Of a stretch of 64,000 nt of DNA, positions 32,153 through 43,249 are shown piece after piece; the first letter of the stretch is position 1, and each line of letters starts with the position of its first letter. Location of the stretch: contig JAJRZU010000043.1 in assembly GCA_024275075.1 (NCBI GenBank), forward strand, positions 6,696 to 70,695. Direction: 5' to 3'. This stretch comes from Deltaproteobacteria bacterium (lineage in GTDB: Bacteria; Desulfobacterota; JAJRXV01). A model generated the notes under the pieces. That model worked only from the letters and a program-made list of their open reading frames with translations, was not told the DNA's origin and searched no databases. The position numbers and the translations under genes are program-made.

Positions 32153-32240
32153 ACGAATTAAGTATCTGAAATGAATTAATAAGGGGAGTTTTTTTAAACT
32201 CCCCTTATTTATAAATCCATATAAATTACAAATAACTCTC

Positions 32241-33200
32241 ATGGTTCTGACTAACAAAAAGCTCTGCCTTTTAATTCTAAATTTATTGATTTTGTCGTGT
32301 TTGTTAATTCTTGCCAATAAATGTCATGCATTAAACGTTGTCTCTACAAAGCTTTTGTTTGAGTTGACGGGCAGTCCAAAAGGAAAATTTGATCAACCTA
32401 CTGCTGTTACATTAGGTAAAGGTGGACGTATCTATGTCATGGATGGCGTCAACAACAGGGTTGTCTATTTTAATAATAATGGTAAATTCTTAAAAGAATT
32501 TGGTGGGGAGGGGTTTGCCGAAGGGCGTTTCTTCTTCCCGCTTGGTATCAAAACGGACGCTGAGGGGAATGTATATGTAGCTGACTCGAAAAACGGCAGG
32601 ATCCAGGTATTTACATATAGTGGTGAATATATAAGAAGTTTCAACTTAGAGAAGATCCAAAAGGGGTTCCAGGCAGACCCTACCGATATCGCCATAAATG
32701 ATAAAATCAATAAGTGCTACATCGTAGATAACGATAATCACAGGATATTAGTTTACAACAAGCAAGGTGAGTACCTGACGAGATTTGGTAGTATGGGGTT
32801 CATAGAGGGTGACTATTTCCGCTACCCGTATAAGGTCGATCTTGACAGCGAAGGCAATGTTTACGTTTTAGAGGTGATTAACACAAGGGTTCAGGTTTTT
32901 GATAAGGATTTGAACTATAAGTACTCGATAGCTGAGTGGGGGCTGGATAAAGGGCAGTTTTTCAGACCCCAGGGGCTTGTGATCGACAATGAGGACAGAG
33001 TCTTCATCGCTGATAACTATACCGGTGTCATACAGGTCTTATCCAAATCAAGTAAGTTTATTGCGGTATTAGGTGATGAAAACGGTGAAATATTAAGGCT
33101 TGATACGCCATGCGGTATGTATATCGATGAAGATAACCGGTTATTTGTTACTCAGATGTTAAAGAACGTTGTATCAGTATATCAACTACAATGGCAATAA
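32241..33200 (+). CDS. NHL-repeat beta-propeller protein (secreted)
   Basis: Signal peptide. Six repeats of the G(R/N)IYV(M/A)D..N.R(V/I)..F type, characteristic of NHL propellers. Confidence 0.7.
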   Translation: MVLTNKKLCLLILNLLILSCLLILANKCHALNVVSTKLLFELTGSPKGKFDQPTAVTLGKGGRIYVMDGVNNRVVYFNNNGKFLKEFGGEGFAEGRFFFPLGIKTDAEGNVYVADSKNGRIQVFTYSGEYIRSFNLEKIQKGFQADPTDIAINDKINKCYIVDNDNHRILVYNKQGEYLTRFGSMGFIEGDYFRYPYKVDLDSEGNVYVLEVINTRVQVFDKDLNYKYSIAEWGLDKGQFFRPQGLVIDNEDRVFIADNYTGVIQVLSKSSKFIAVLGDENGEILRLDTPCGMYIDEDNRLFVTQMLKNVVSVYQLQWQ

Positions 33201-33201
33201 T

Positions 33202-36200
33202 ATGAAAAAGTTTTTTTTTATATTACTCTTTATTTTATTCTTTTGCTCATTTATATGCCTTAAAAGCTCTTTTGCTTACGATAAAGAGAAGGCAAAGATG
33301 TTAAGGGATGAGACAAAAGAGTGTGCTATATGTCATTATGAGTTTATCCCCCAGATATGGGTAGGTAACGGTACCGAACTGGTTGAATATGTTCCCGGCA
33401 GGTTTGTCGGGGACGAACGCGTTTGCTACGGATGTCATAATGGCGGCGTCGCTGATTCCAGGTGGCGTGCATGGTCGATGCAAAGGCACCCGCTAAAAAA
33501 ACCTTCTGACAAAATCAAGATTACAAAGGAATTCCCCTTAAATGACAAGGGTGAGATGTATTGCGGGACATGTCACACCGCTCACGGCGTGGATACGGAC
33601 GCATCCGTTGAGATGGAGCGAACGATATTCCTAAGATACTCAAACAACAATTCTGAGATGTGCATGAGCTGCCACACAAACCAGGCCAAGGGGAAGGAGG
33701 GCGGCAGCCACCCTGTAAATGTATCAACGATCAAATTACCTGAGAAGCTGTCTCATATTGGTGGCTTTACCGGGGATGAACCGAATAAAGTGATCTGTCA
33801 AAGCTGTCACAGCCCGCACGGGACAAGTGAGAAAAAACTGCTGGTCGCCCCGATAAAAAATGCCGAACTATGCGTTCTGTGCCATTATGATAAGGACGCG
33901 AAAACGAGAAAAGAAGCGGCTCGCAAAGGCACGCACCCGGTAAACATCGCGTCAGACACGGTGAAGATATCAGAGAAGTTGAGAAAATTAGGTAGTCGAA
34001 CCGGTACGAAGGGCAGGATAAATTGTCTTTCATGCCACACCGTTCATGATGGCATCAAGGGAAACAAACTTGTTTTAAAAAGAAACTCTGACTCTTCGTT
34101 CTGCCTTGAGTGCCATGAGAAGCAGGAATCGGTATTAGACTCAAAGCATGACCTGCGGGTTACCGCACCGAATGAGCGAAACAAGCTAAAGCAATCACCA
34201 AAGCGCTCCGGGCCTTGCAGCGCCTGCCATATCCCTCATAAAGCCGCCGCGGCGAAGATATGGGCAAAGGAGATCGACACCCGCGGCGAAGCGATAGAGG
34301 AGCTTTGTAAAACCTGTCATGAAAAAGGGGCATGTGCCGAAAAGAAGCAGGTCGGCTTAAATTCGCACCCGGTGGGGATACCGCTTGCCAGGGTAGGCGG
34401 GAGCAGATCGGCTCTGCCGACGTTTGATGAAAATGGCGTAAAAACTATAGTCGATACGAATGTCACCTGCTCCACATGCCATAACGTTCATCAGTGGGAC
34501 CCCCGCAATAAAGTGGTAAAGGGTGACAAGGACATTGACGGTAACTATACAAACAGTTTCTTACGGATAAGGAACCTGTTTGGACTGAGGCTTTGTACTG
34601 ATTGCCATAAGGACCAGGAGTTTATTTTCAGGACTGAACATGACCTGACAGTAACCGCTCCTTTAGAGAAGAACATCCTCGGGCAGACTCCCGCTGAGTC
34701 AGGGCCGTGCGGTGTGTGTCATACCGTCCACAACGCGTTAAGCAAGAACAAGCTCTGGGCGCGACAGTTAGGTGACGCCGATGACGCTGTCTCCATGTTC
34801 TGCTTCAGCTGCCATGAGGAGGGCAGGGTCGCACAAAAGAAGCTTACCGGTGAACATTCCCACCCTGTGATGGCCGACATAAAGCGGGCGGATGGATCGA
34901 CAACGCTCCCTTTGTATATGATAAACAGTAAAAAGGACCCTGAAAAGGGTAAGGTTACCTGTGCAAGCTGCCATAATCTTCACCAATGGGACCCCGAGAT
35001 CAAGGGGCAGGGACCCGGGGAGAATACCGAAGGCGATGTTACAAACAGTTTCTTACGGATAAGGAACGATGCGGATTCCGCTCTTTGTAATGATTGCCAT
35101 GAGGGGAAATATCTGATAGAGGACACCGACCACGACATGGCGGTGACCGCTCCGGACGAGAAGAACCTGCTCGGGCAGACAGTAGCCGAAACAGGGGTAT
35201 GCGGCGCCTGTCACACTATTCATAACGGTGTCTCCTCATTCAAGCTCTGGGTAAAAAAACTCGGCGGCACCGAGCTTGATGATTGTATATCAAGGCTCTG
35301 CTTTAGCTGTCATGACAGGCAGCGTGTCGCACAAAAGAAGCTGGTCGGGGAGAATTCCCACCCAGTGAACGCCGATATAAAGAAAGCGGACGGCTCGACA
35401 GACCTGCCATTATTCAACAAGGAGGGGCGCATCCCGAAAGAAGGCGAGGAGGGCAGGGTCTTTTGTTCCACCTGCCACAACCTGCACCAATGGGACCCGA
35501 CGAAGAAGGAGAAAGGACCAGGGGAGCCTGTGGAGGGTGATATCTCAAACAGCTTCCTGCGCCTGCCGAATGACGCCGGCTCTACGCTGTGCAAAAACTG
35601 CCATGACGGTAAAGACCTCGTTGAGGGGACTGACCATGACATGGCGGTAACGGCGCCCGGGGAGAAAAACATTGTTGGGGAGACCGTGGAGAAGACCGGC
35701 GCGTGCGGCGCGTGTCATATCGTCCATAACGGTGTCTCAACGTATAAACTGTGGGGTAAGGAGTTAGGCGGCGACGAGGATACAGATGGTATTTCGCGGC
35801 TATGCTTCAGCTGTCACGAGGAAGGCAGGGTGGCGCACAAGAAGCAGGTCGGTAAGAATTCCCACCCCGTTGGCGTCGATATCTCGACCGTAGGCGGTGA
35901 GACAGACCTGCCGCTCTTTGATGAAAAAGGTAAAAAAATTGACGGTAATGGCAATGGAAAGGGCAAAGTGTTCTGCTCCACCCGCCACAACCTGCACCAG
36001 TGGGATCCGCTCATAGATGATTATGGCTCCAATGAAAACCTTGAGGGCAACCGCACCAACAGCTTTTTGCGCCTGCCGAATGACGCCGGCTCCACGCTGT
36101 GCAAAAACTGTCACAAGGGTAAGGAATATGTGGAGGGGACAGAGCATGACCTTTCGGTAACCGCGCCGGCCGCAGAGAACGCTATCGGCGAGACAGTCGA

Positions 36201-37203
36201 TGTCGCAGGCGTTTGCAGCGCATGTCACCTTGTCCATAATGGATACGCGTCCGCGTTTTTATGGGCGCGAGTACCGGGCGTGGGGGAGGACAAAGTATCA
36301 AGGTTGTGCACAAGCTGCCACTTAGAGGGACGTGTCGCGCAGAAAAAGACATTAAATGAGAACTCGCATCCGGTTAACGTGCTGATCAGCAGGGCGGACG
36401 GCAGCACCGATTTCCCGCTTTATAATGATATGGGGAAGAAAGACCCTGAAGGCAGGGTGTTTTGCAGCTCTTGTCACAATGTTCATCAATGGAATCCGTC
36501 TAAAGTGGATTATGGGCCAAGGATCAACATTGAAGGAACGCCCCAGACAAGCTTCCTGCGCGCGCCCGGCCTTGACCTGTGTATTAATTGCCACGAAGGG
36601 AAAGATTATATTATCGATACAGAGCATGACCTGAGCGTCACCGCACCCGAAGAGAAGAATCTCCTTGGCAGGACTGTCGCCGAGGACGGCGTTTGCAGCG
36701 CGTGTCACATTATCCATAATGGTGTCAACAAACCGCTCCTGTGGGCGCGTCTTTTCGGGCCGCCGTTCATCAGGGACTGGCAGACGAAATTCGGGGCGGA
36801 AGAGGACCCTGTGGTTCAGGCTTGCACAAGCTGCCATTCTGAAAAAAACATCGCCGAGAAGAAACAGCCGATAGTCGGGCTGCACCCGCGCGGTATTTTT
36901 GTCGGGATAAAACCACTGCCGTTCATCTCCAAGGGAGAGCCGATTCCACCACTATATGATGTGCACGGCGCGAGGATAAAAACAGGGAACTTAGTCTGCC
37001 CTACATGCCACAATCTGCACCAGTGGAGCGGTAGAAAGAAGAAGAAGGGGCCGGGCAAGAACATCGAGGGCAATGCGAACAACAGTTTTTTAAGGAGTGG
37101 AGTCTCTTTCGGCTTATGTCCTGACTGCCACTCATTTGACGGATTGTTCCGGTTCAAGTATTATCATGTACCAAGGATGAGAAACAGAAAATCGAAGAAA
37201 TAG
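33202..37203 (+). CDS. Giant repetitive multiheme cytochrome c (about 31 CxxCH motifs)
   Basis: The ORF frame opens at 33169, but ATG 33202 (MKKFFFILLF signal peptide) follows the NHL stop. The C-terminal two thirds consists of about 5.5 tandem units of roughly 165 aa, each with 4 CxxCH, with 80-90 % nucleotide identity between units. Confidence 0.8.
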   Translation: MKKFFFILLFILFFCSFICLKSSFAYDKEKAKMLRDETKECAICHYEFIPQIWVGNGTELVEYVPGRFVGDERVCYGCHNGGVADSRWRAWSMQRHPLKKPSDKIKITKEFPLNDKGEMYCGTCHTAHGVDTDASVEMERTIFLRYSNNNSEMCMSCHTNQAKGKEGGSHPVNVSTIKLPEKLSHIGGFTGDEPNKVICQSCHSPHGTSEKKLLVAPIKNAELCVLCHYDKDAKTRKEAARKGTHPVNIASDTVKISEKLRKLGSRTGTKGRINCLSCHTVHDGIKGNKLVLKRNSDSSFCLECHEKQESVLDSKHDLRVTAPNERNKLKQSPKRSGPCSACHIPHKAAAAKIWAKEIDTRGEAIEELCKTCHEKGACAEKKQVGLNSHPVGIPLARVGGSRSALPTFDENGVKTIVDTNVTCSTCHNVHQWDPRNKVVKGDKDIDGNYTNSFLRIRNLFGLRLCTDCHKDQEFIFRTEHDLTVTAPLEKNILGQTPAESGPCGVCHTVHNALSKNKLWARQLGDADDAVSMFCFSCHEEGRVAQKKLTGEHSHPVMADIKRADGSTTLPLYMINSKKDPEKGKVTCASCHNLHQWDPEIKGQGPGENTEGDVTNSFLRIRNDADSALCNDCHEGKYLIEDTDHDMAVTAPDEKNLLGQTVAETGVCGACHTIHNGVSSFKLWVKKLGGTELDDCISRLCFSCHDRQRVAQKKLVGENSHPVNADIKKADGSTDLPLFNKEGRIPKEGEEGRVFCSTCHNLHQWDPTKKEKGPGEPVEGDISNSFLRLPNDAGSTLCKNCHDGKDLVEGTDHDMAVTAPGEKNIVGETVEKTGACGACHIVHNGVSTYKLWGKELGGDEDTDGISRLCFSCHEEGRVAHKKQVGKNSHPVGVDISTVGGETDLPLFDEKGKKIDGNGNGKGKVFCSTRHNLHQWDPLIDDYGSNENLEGNRTNSFLRLPNDAGSTLCKNCHKGKEYVEGTEHDLSVTAPAAENAIGETVDVAGVCSACHLVHNGYASAFLWARVPGVGEDKVSRLCTSCHLEGRVAQKKTLNENSHPVNVLISRADGSTDFPLYNDMGKKDPEGRVFCSSCHNVHQWNPSKVDYGPRINIEGTPQTSFLRAPGLDLCINCHEGKDYIIDTEHDLSVTAPEEKNLLGRTVAEDGVCSACHIIHNGVNKPLLWARLFGPPFIRDWQTKFGAEEDPVVQACTSCHSEKNIAEKKQPIVGLHPRGIFVGIKPLPFISKGEPIPPLYDVHGARIKTGNLVCPTCHNLHQWSGRKKKKGPGKNIEGNANNSFLRSGVSFGLCPDCHSFDGLFRFKYYHVPRMRNRKSKK
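34549..37140 (+). repeat. Intragenic tandem repeat array (about 500-nt period) inside the giant cytochrome gene
   Basis: Unit landmarks (N)SFLR(I/L)(R/P)N at about 34549, 35041, 35548, 36058, 36550 and 37085. For example, 35545-35610 versus 36055-36120 are nearly identical. Confidence 0.6.
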
Positions 37204-37228
37204 CTAAACGCTAAAAAGGGGAATAGTA

Positions 37229-37882
37229 ATGGCAAAACCTGCGGGAGTCCAGATCAAAAGATGGTTTATGATACTTATTATATTGCTTATAACAGTCAAC
37301 ATTATCTCCGTGTTATCTTTCTTCGTCGTTTATTCGAAGATAAATGAGATAAAGGCGGCATACCAACCGATCGTCAAATCAAGCGCGGCTATCAACTCGA
37401 AGATATTGTCAGCCCAGATAGACCTGTATAAATACTTGTCAGAGTATCAGGATGACTTAGGGTCGGTATACATTAAGACAAAAGGCCTGACAAATGAGTT
37501 GAAAAACATCAATTCTATCGTTAAAGAGGCAAATATCAAGGCGTTGGACGTTAAGTTATTAGATGGCGTATTAGAGTCTACCGAGAAGTTTGAGAGCGCT
37601 ATAAAACGGTTGGACAGTATTGATGAGCAAGGCGTGGTAGACTGGGACAGAGTGAATGAATTAAGAGATTATGCCGCTACGATGGGGACGGAGGCATCGA
37701 TTAAAATAGAAAGCGTAAACAACGAGATCAACCTCTTGATAACTAACCATAACATCAGGGTCACGCTTATCGCCCTGATAGTCGTCTGTATCCTGTTCGC
37801 GTTCCTTATCCTGAGCTTTGTCATCATGATCCAGCTCCACTACTGGTGGAAGAAATTTGAAGACCTGATATTAGAACTATAA
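37229..37882 (+). CDS. Membrane protein with periplasmic helical/coiled-coil domain between two TM helices (sensor-like, no output domain)
   Basis: 217 aa with TM helices at both ends and a helical middle. No recognisable catalytic motifs. Confidence 0.35.
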   Translation: MAKPAGVQIKRWFMILIILLITVNIISVLSFFVVYSKINEIKAAYQPIVKSSAAINSKILSAQIDLYKYLSEYQDDLGSVYIKTKGLTNELKNINSIVKEANIKALDVKLLDGVLESTEKFESAIKRLDSIDEQGVVDWDRVNELRDYAATMGTEASIKIESVNNEINLLITNHNIRVTLIALIVVCILFAFLILSFVIMIQLHYWWKKFEDLILEL

Positions 37883-37894
37883 AATCATTATTTG

Positions 37895-37918
37895 CCCCCC
37901 TCTCATCAAGGGAGGGGG
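37895..37918. terminator. Bidirectional stem-loop between convergent genes (37229..37882 + and coaX -)
   Basis: CCCCCTC-tcatcaagg-GAGGGGG: 7-bp GC-rich stem with A/T-rich flanks. Confidence 0.4.
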
Positions 37919-37927
37919 AGTTCGTGT

Positions 37928-38704
37928 TCATCCCACCAATAAGGCATGGTTATAAACTTCGTTAAGACCTTTAAGGATCAGAGAGTAGTCACAGGTATCG
38001 ATGACATTTTTCAGATCGTCCCGCAAAGCGGGTAATGCCCCGCCTGTCGCGATGACTTTGACGTCCTCGCCTATCTCGTCTTTCATGCGTGATACGATGT
38101 GCGTCACCAACCCCGCGAACCCGTTGAATATGCCGCTTTGCATCGCAAGGGAAGTATCCTGCCCGATGACTTTTTCCGGCGCCCGAAGCTCGATCACCGG
38201 TAATTTACTTGTATTGCGATACAAGGCCTCGACGCAGATGTTTATCCCCGGCGCTATCACCCCGCCCAAAAACTCGCCCGCTTTGTTGATATAATCAAAG
38301 GTGATCGCCGTACCAAAATCGATCACGATGACGCCGCCTTTTATGGTATGATGAGCGGCGCACGCGTTGACGAGCCTGTCCGCCCCTACCTCGCGGGGAG
38401 AACGCACCATGACCTTGATATCAGGAATGGATTGTAGCCCCGCAAAAAACGGGTGCGCGTCGAACATCCTTGTCATAAGCTTTTTGTATGCCGCGTCAAG
38501 TTCGGGCACTACTGATACAATGATGACATCCTTTATCCCGCTCTTGTTCACGCCCTTACACACCAGCATCTTGTCTATGACAGCCTCATGCTCCTTCGCC
38601 TTGTGCGCCTTGTTGGTGGGGAACCGGAAATCCGCGATGACCCTGCCGCCGCTGATAATACCCGCGAATACTGTACTGTTACCGATATCGACTGCCAGAA
38701 GCAT
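37928..38704 (-). CDS. coaX: Type III pantothenate kinase
   Basis: 258 aa with MLLAVDIGNST and the GADRL motif of CoaX. Confidence 0.85.
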   Translation of the reverse strand: MLLAVDIGNSTVFAGIISGGRVIADFRFPTNKAHKAKEHEAVIDKMLVCKGVNKSGIKDVIIVSVVPELDAAYKKLMTRMFDAHPFFAGLQSIPDIKVMVRSPREVGADRLVNACAAHHTIKGGVIVIDFGTAITFDYINKAGEFLGGVIAPGINICVEALYRNTSKLPVIELRAPEKVIGQDTSLAMQSGIFNGFAGLVTHIVSRMKDEIGEDVKVIATGGALPALRDDLKNVIDTCDYSLILKGLNEVYNHALLVG

Positions 38705-39670
38705 CTACTTGACCCCGCTTATCGTACCTGAAAATACTTTTCGGATTCCACTGTCTGAGCGCAAAATCAGGAAGCCGTTCTCGTCGATCCCTTAGGCGAC
38801 GCCCGTTACCTCGTCGGCGATCGTCTTAACGGTGACTACCCTGTTCAAGAGGAGGCAATAGCTGTTCCATTCCCCCCGTATTTTTTCAAAACCCTCTTTT
38901 GTCAATATTATATACATTTTTTCAAGATTTAAAATGATTTTCTCAAAAAGGCTCCGCTTCGAGATCTTTGCGCCGCACTCATGCCTTAGTGTGGTAGCGG
39001 CAGCTATGAGCTCCTTCGGGAAGTCATCGGGCTGCGAGTTCACGTTGACGCCGATACCGGTGATAATAAAATCGATAGCGTCGGACTCGCTTTTCATCTG
39101 TGTCAGGATGCCGCATACCTTTTTGCCGCCGATGTAGATGTCGTTAGGCCACTTGATACCGGGTTTCAGGCCGGTGACCTCCATGATCGCCTGTGCGACG
39201 GCTATCGCGCTCATCACCGTTACCCTTGGTGCGAATGACGGGAGCATCTTCGGCTTCAGTATGACAGAGAAGTACAGGTTCTCGCTTGACGCCGAGACCC
39301 ACTCCCTGCCCATCCTGCCCCTGCCTTTTGTCTGCCTGTCGCTGATGACGACTGCGCCCTCACCGCCGCCGCTTTGCGCCAGCCTGTACGCTTCATCGTT
39401 GGTGGAGCCGATAGTATTGTAGTGGATGATGTTACCGCCAAGCAGGTGACCGGTGAGGCTTTTCCCCACCGCGGCGAAATCGATGCAGTTAAGGTCATCG
39501 ACCAGCTTATAACCGTACGACCTCATCGATATGATGTTATAGCCCTGTGATCTCAGGATGTTGATGCGCTTATGCACGGCGTTCCTCGTGATGCGTAGCT
39601 CACCGGCTATCTTCTGGCCGGACAGATAATCTTTATTATTCTTTAGAAGTGTAAGGATGCTATCTTTCAA
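38705..39670 (-). pseudogene. birA: Biotin-protein ligase / biotin operon repressor BirA interrupted by an in-frame TAA at 38792-38794
   Basis: N-terminal HTH and a catalytic domain with GRGRMGREW. ORF 38792..39670 stops before the C-terminal SH3-like domain. The same frame continues ...TGVA*GIDENGFLILRSDSGIRKVFSGTISGVK to TAG at 38705, matching the BirA C-terminal domain. Confidence 0.65.
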
Positions 39671-39688
39671 GGGGTTCGCCTGGTTTTC

Positions 39689-40522
39689 TTATTCGATCAA
39701 TAATGAGATATCAACAGCGCGTGCGGAATGAGTGAGCGCCCCGACGGAGATAAAATCCGGTGACCGCTTCGCGTAATCAGCGACATTCTCCATGGTGACG
39801 CCACCAGATACTTCGGTGACAGCTTTCCCCCCCACGATCGCCAGCGCCTCCTTTACTGTATCAGGCGGCATATTGTCAAGCATGATGATGTCCGCGCCGG
39901 CGGTAATAGCCTCCCGCACCTGTGCGAGACTCTTCACCTCGACCTCAATCTTGACGTAGTTCATGCGATGCTTCTTCGCTTCAAAAACGGCTTTCGCAAC
40001 GCCGCCGCAATATTTTACATGGTTGTCCTTTATCAGGATGCCGTCATAAAGCCCGAAACGGTGGTTGTAGCCGCCACCGGCGATCACCGCCTCCTTCTCC
40101 ATGTACCTCAGGTTCGGCGTCGTTTTGCGCGTGTCATATATCTTCACGCCAGAACCCTTTACCGCTTCCACATACCTTCTCGTCATGGTGGCGATGCCGC
40201 ATAAACGCGCAAGGAAGTTCAAGGCGACCCTCTCGCCGGCCAAAATGTTTCGCAACCCGCCGTCTAATGTGATTATCGTATCGCCGCTCCTCACACTGTC
40301 ACCGTCATTGAAAAACGTCCGAATCCTTATGTCAGGGTCAATAATCTCAAAGACGCGCGCGGCGACTAAAGATCCCGCTAATATGAAATCTTCCTTGGCC
40401 GATATGTGAGCCGTCGCGTCCGCGCTTTCATCGATGAGGATGTCAGACGTAATATCGCCCTGTCTGATATCCTCTTCCAGCGCCTGTTTTATTACAGTAT
40501 CAAGGGCTAATCGCGTGACCAA
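39689..40522 (-). CDS. nadC: Nicotinate-nucleotide pyrophosphorylase (quinolinate phosphoribosyltransferase)
   Basis: 277-aa QPRT fold. C-terminal TIM barrel with the GADIIMLDNM motif. Confidence 0.85.
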   Translation of the reverse strand: MVTRLALDTVIKQALEEDIRQGDITSDILIDESADATAHISAKEDFILAGSLVAARVFEIIDPDIRIRTFFNDGDSVRSGDTIITLDGGLRNILAGERVALNFLARLCGIATMTRRYVEAVKGSGVKIYDTRKTTPNLRYMEKEAVIAGGGYNHRFGLYDGILIKDNHVKYCGGVAKAVFEAKKHRMNYVKIEVEVKSLAQVREAITAGADIIMLDNMPPDTVKEALAIVGGKAVTEVSGGVTMENVADYAKRSPDFISVGALTHSARAVDISLLIE

Positions 40523-40526
40523 TTCG

Positions 40527-43172
<2,646 letters not shown>

Positions 43173-43249
43173 TATTTATCCTTACCTGTATAGACTATAA
43201 AAAAGGGGTTATAAAAACCCCTTTGATTTCTTCAAGCTGTGGATTCCCA

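Noticed and set aside
37895-37918. Strong intrinsic terminator call for both convergent genes
   Set aside because: Kept only as a low-confidence stem-loop. Neither side has a clean U-tract of 5 or more immediately after the stem.
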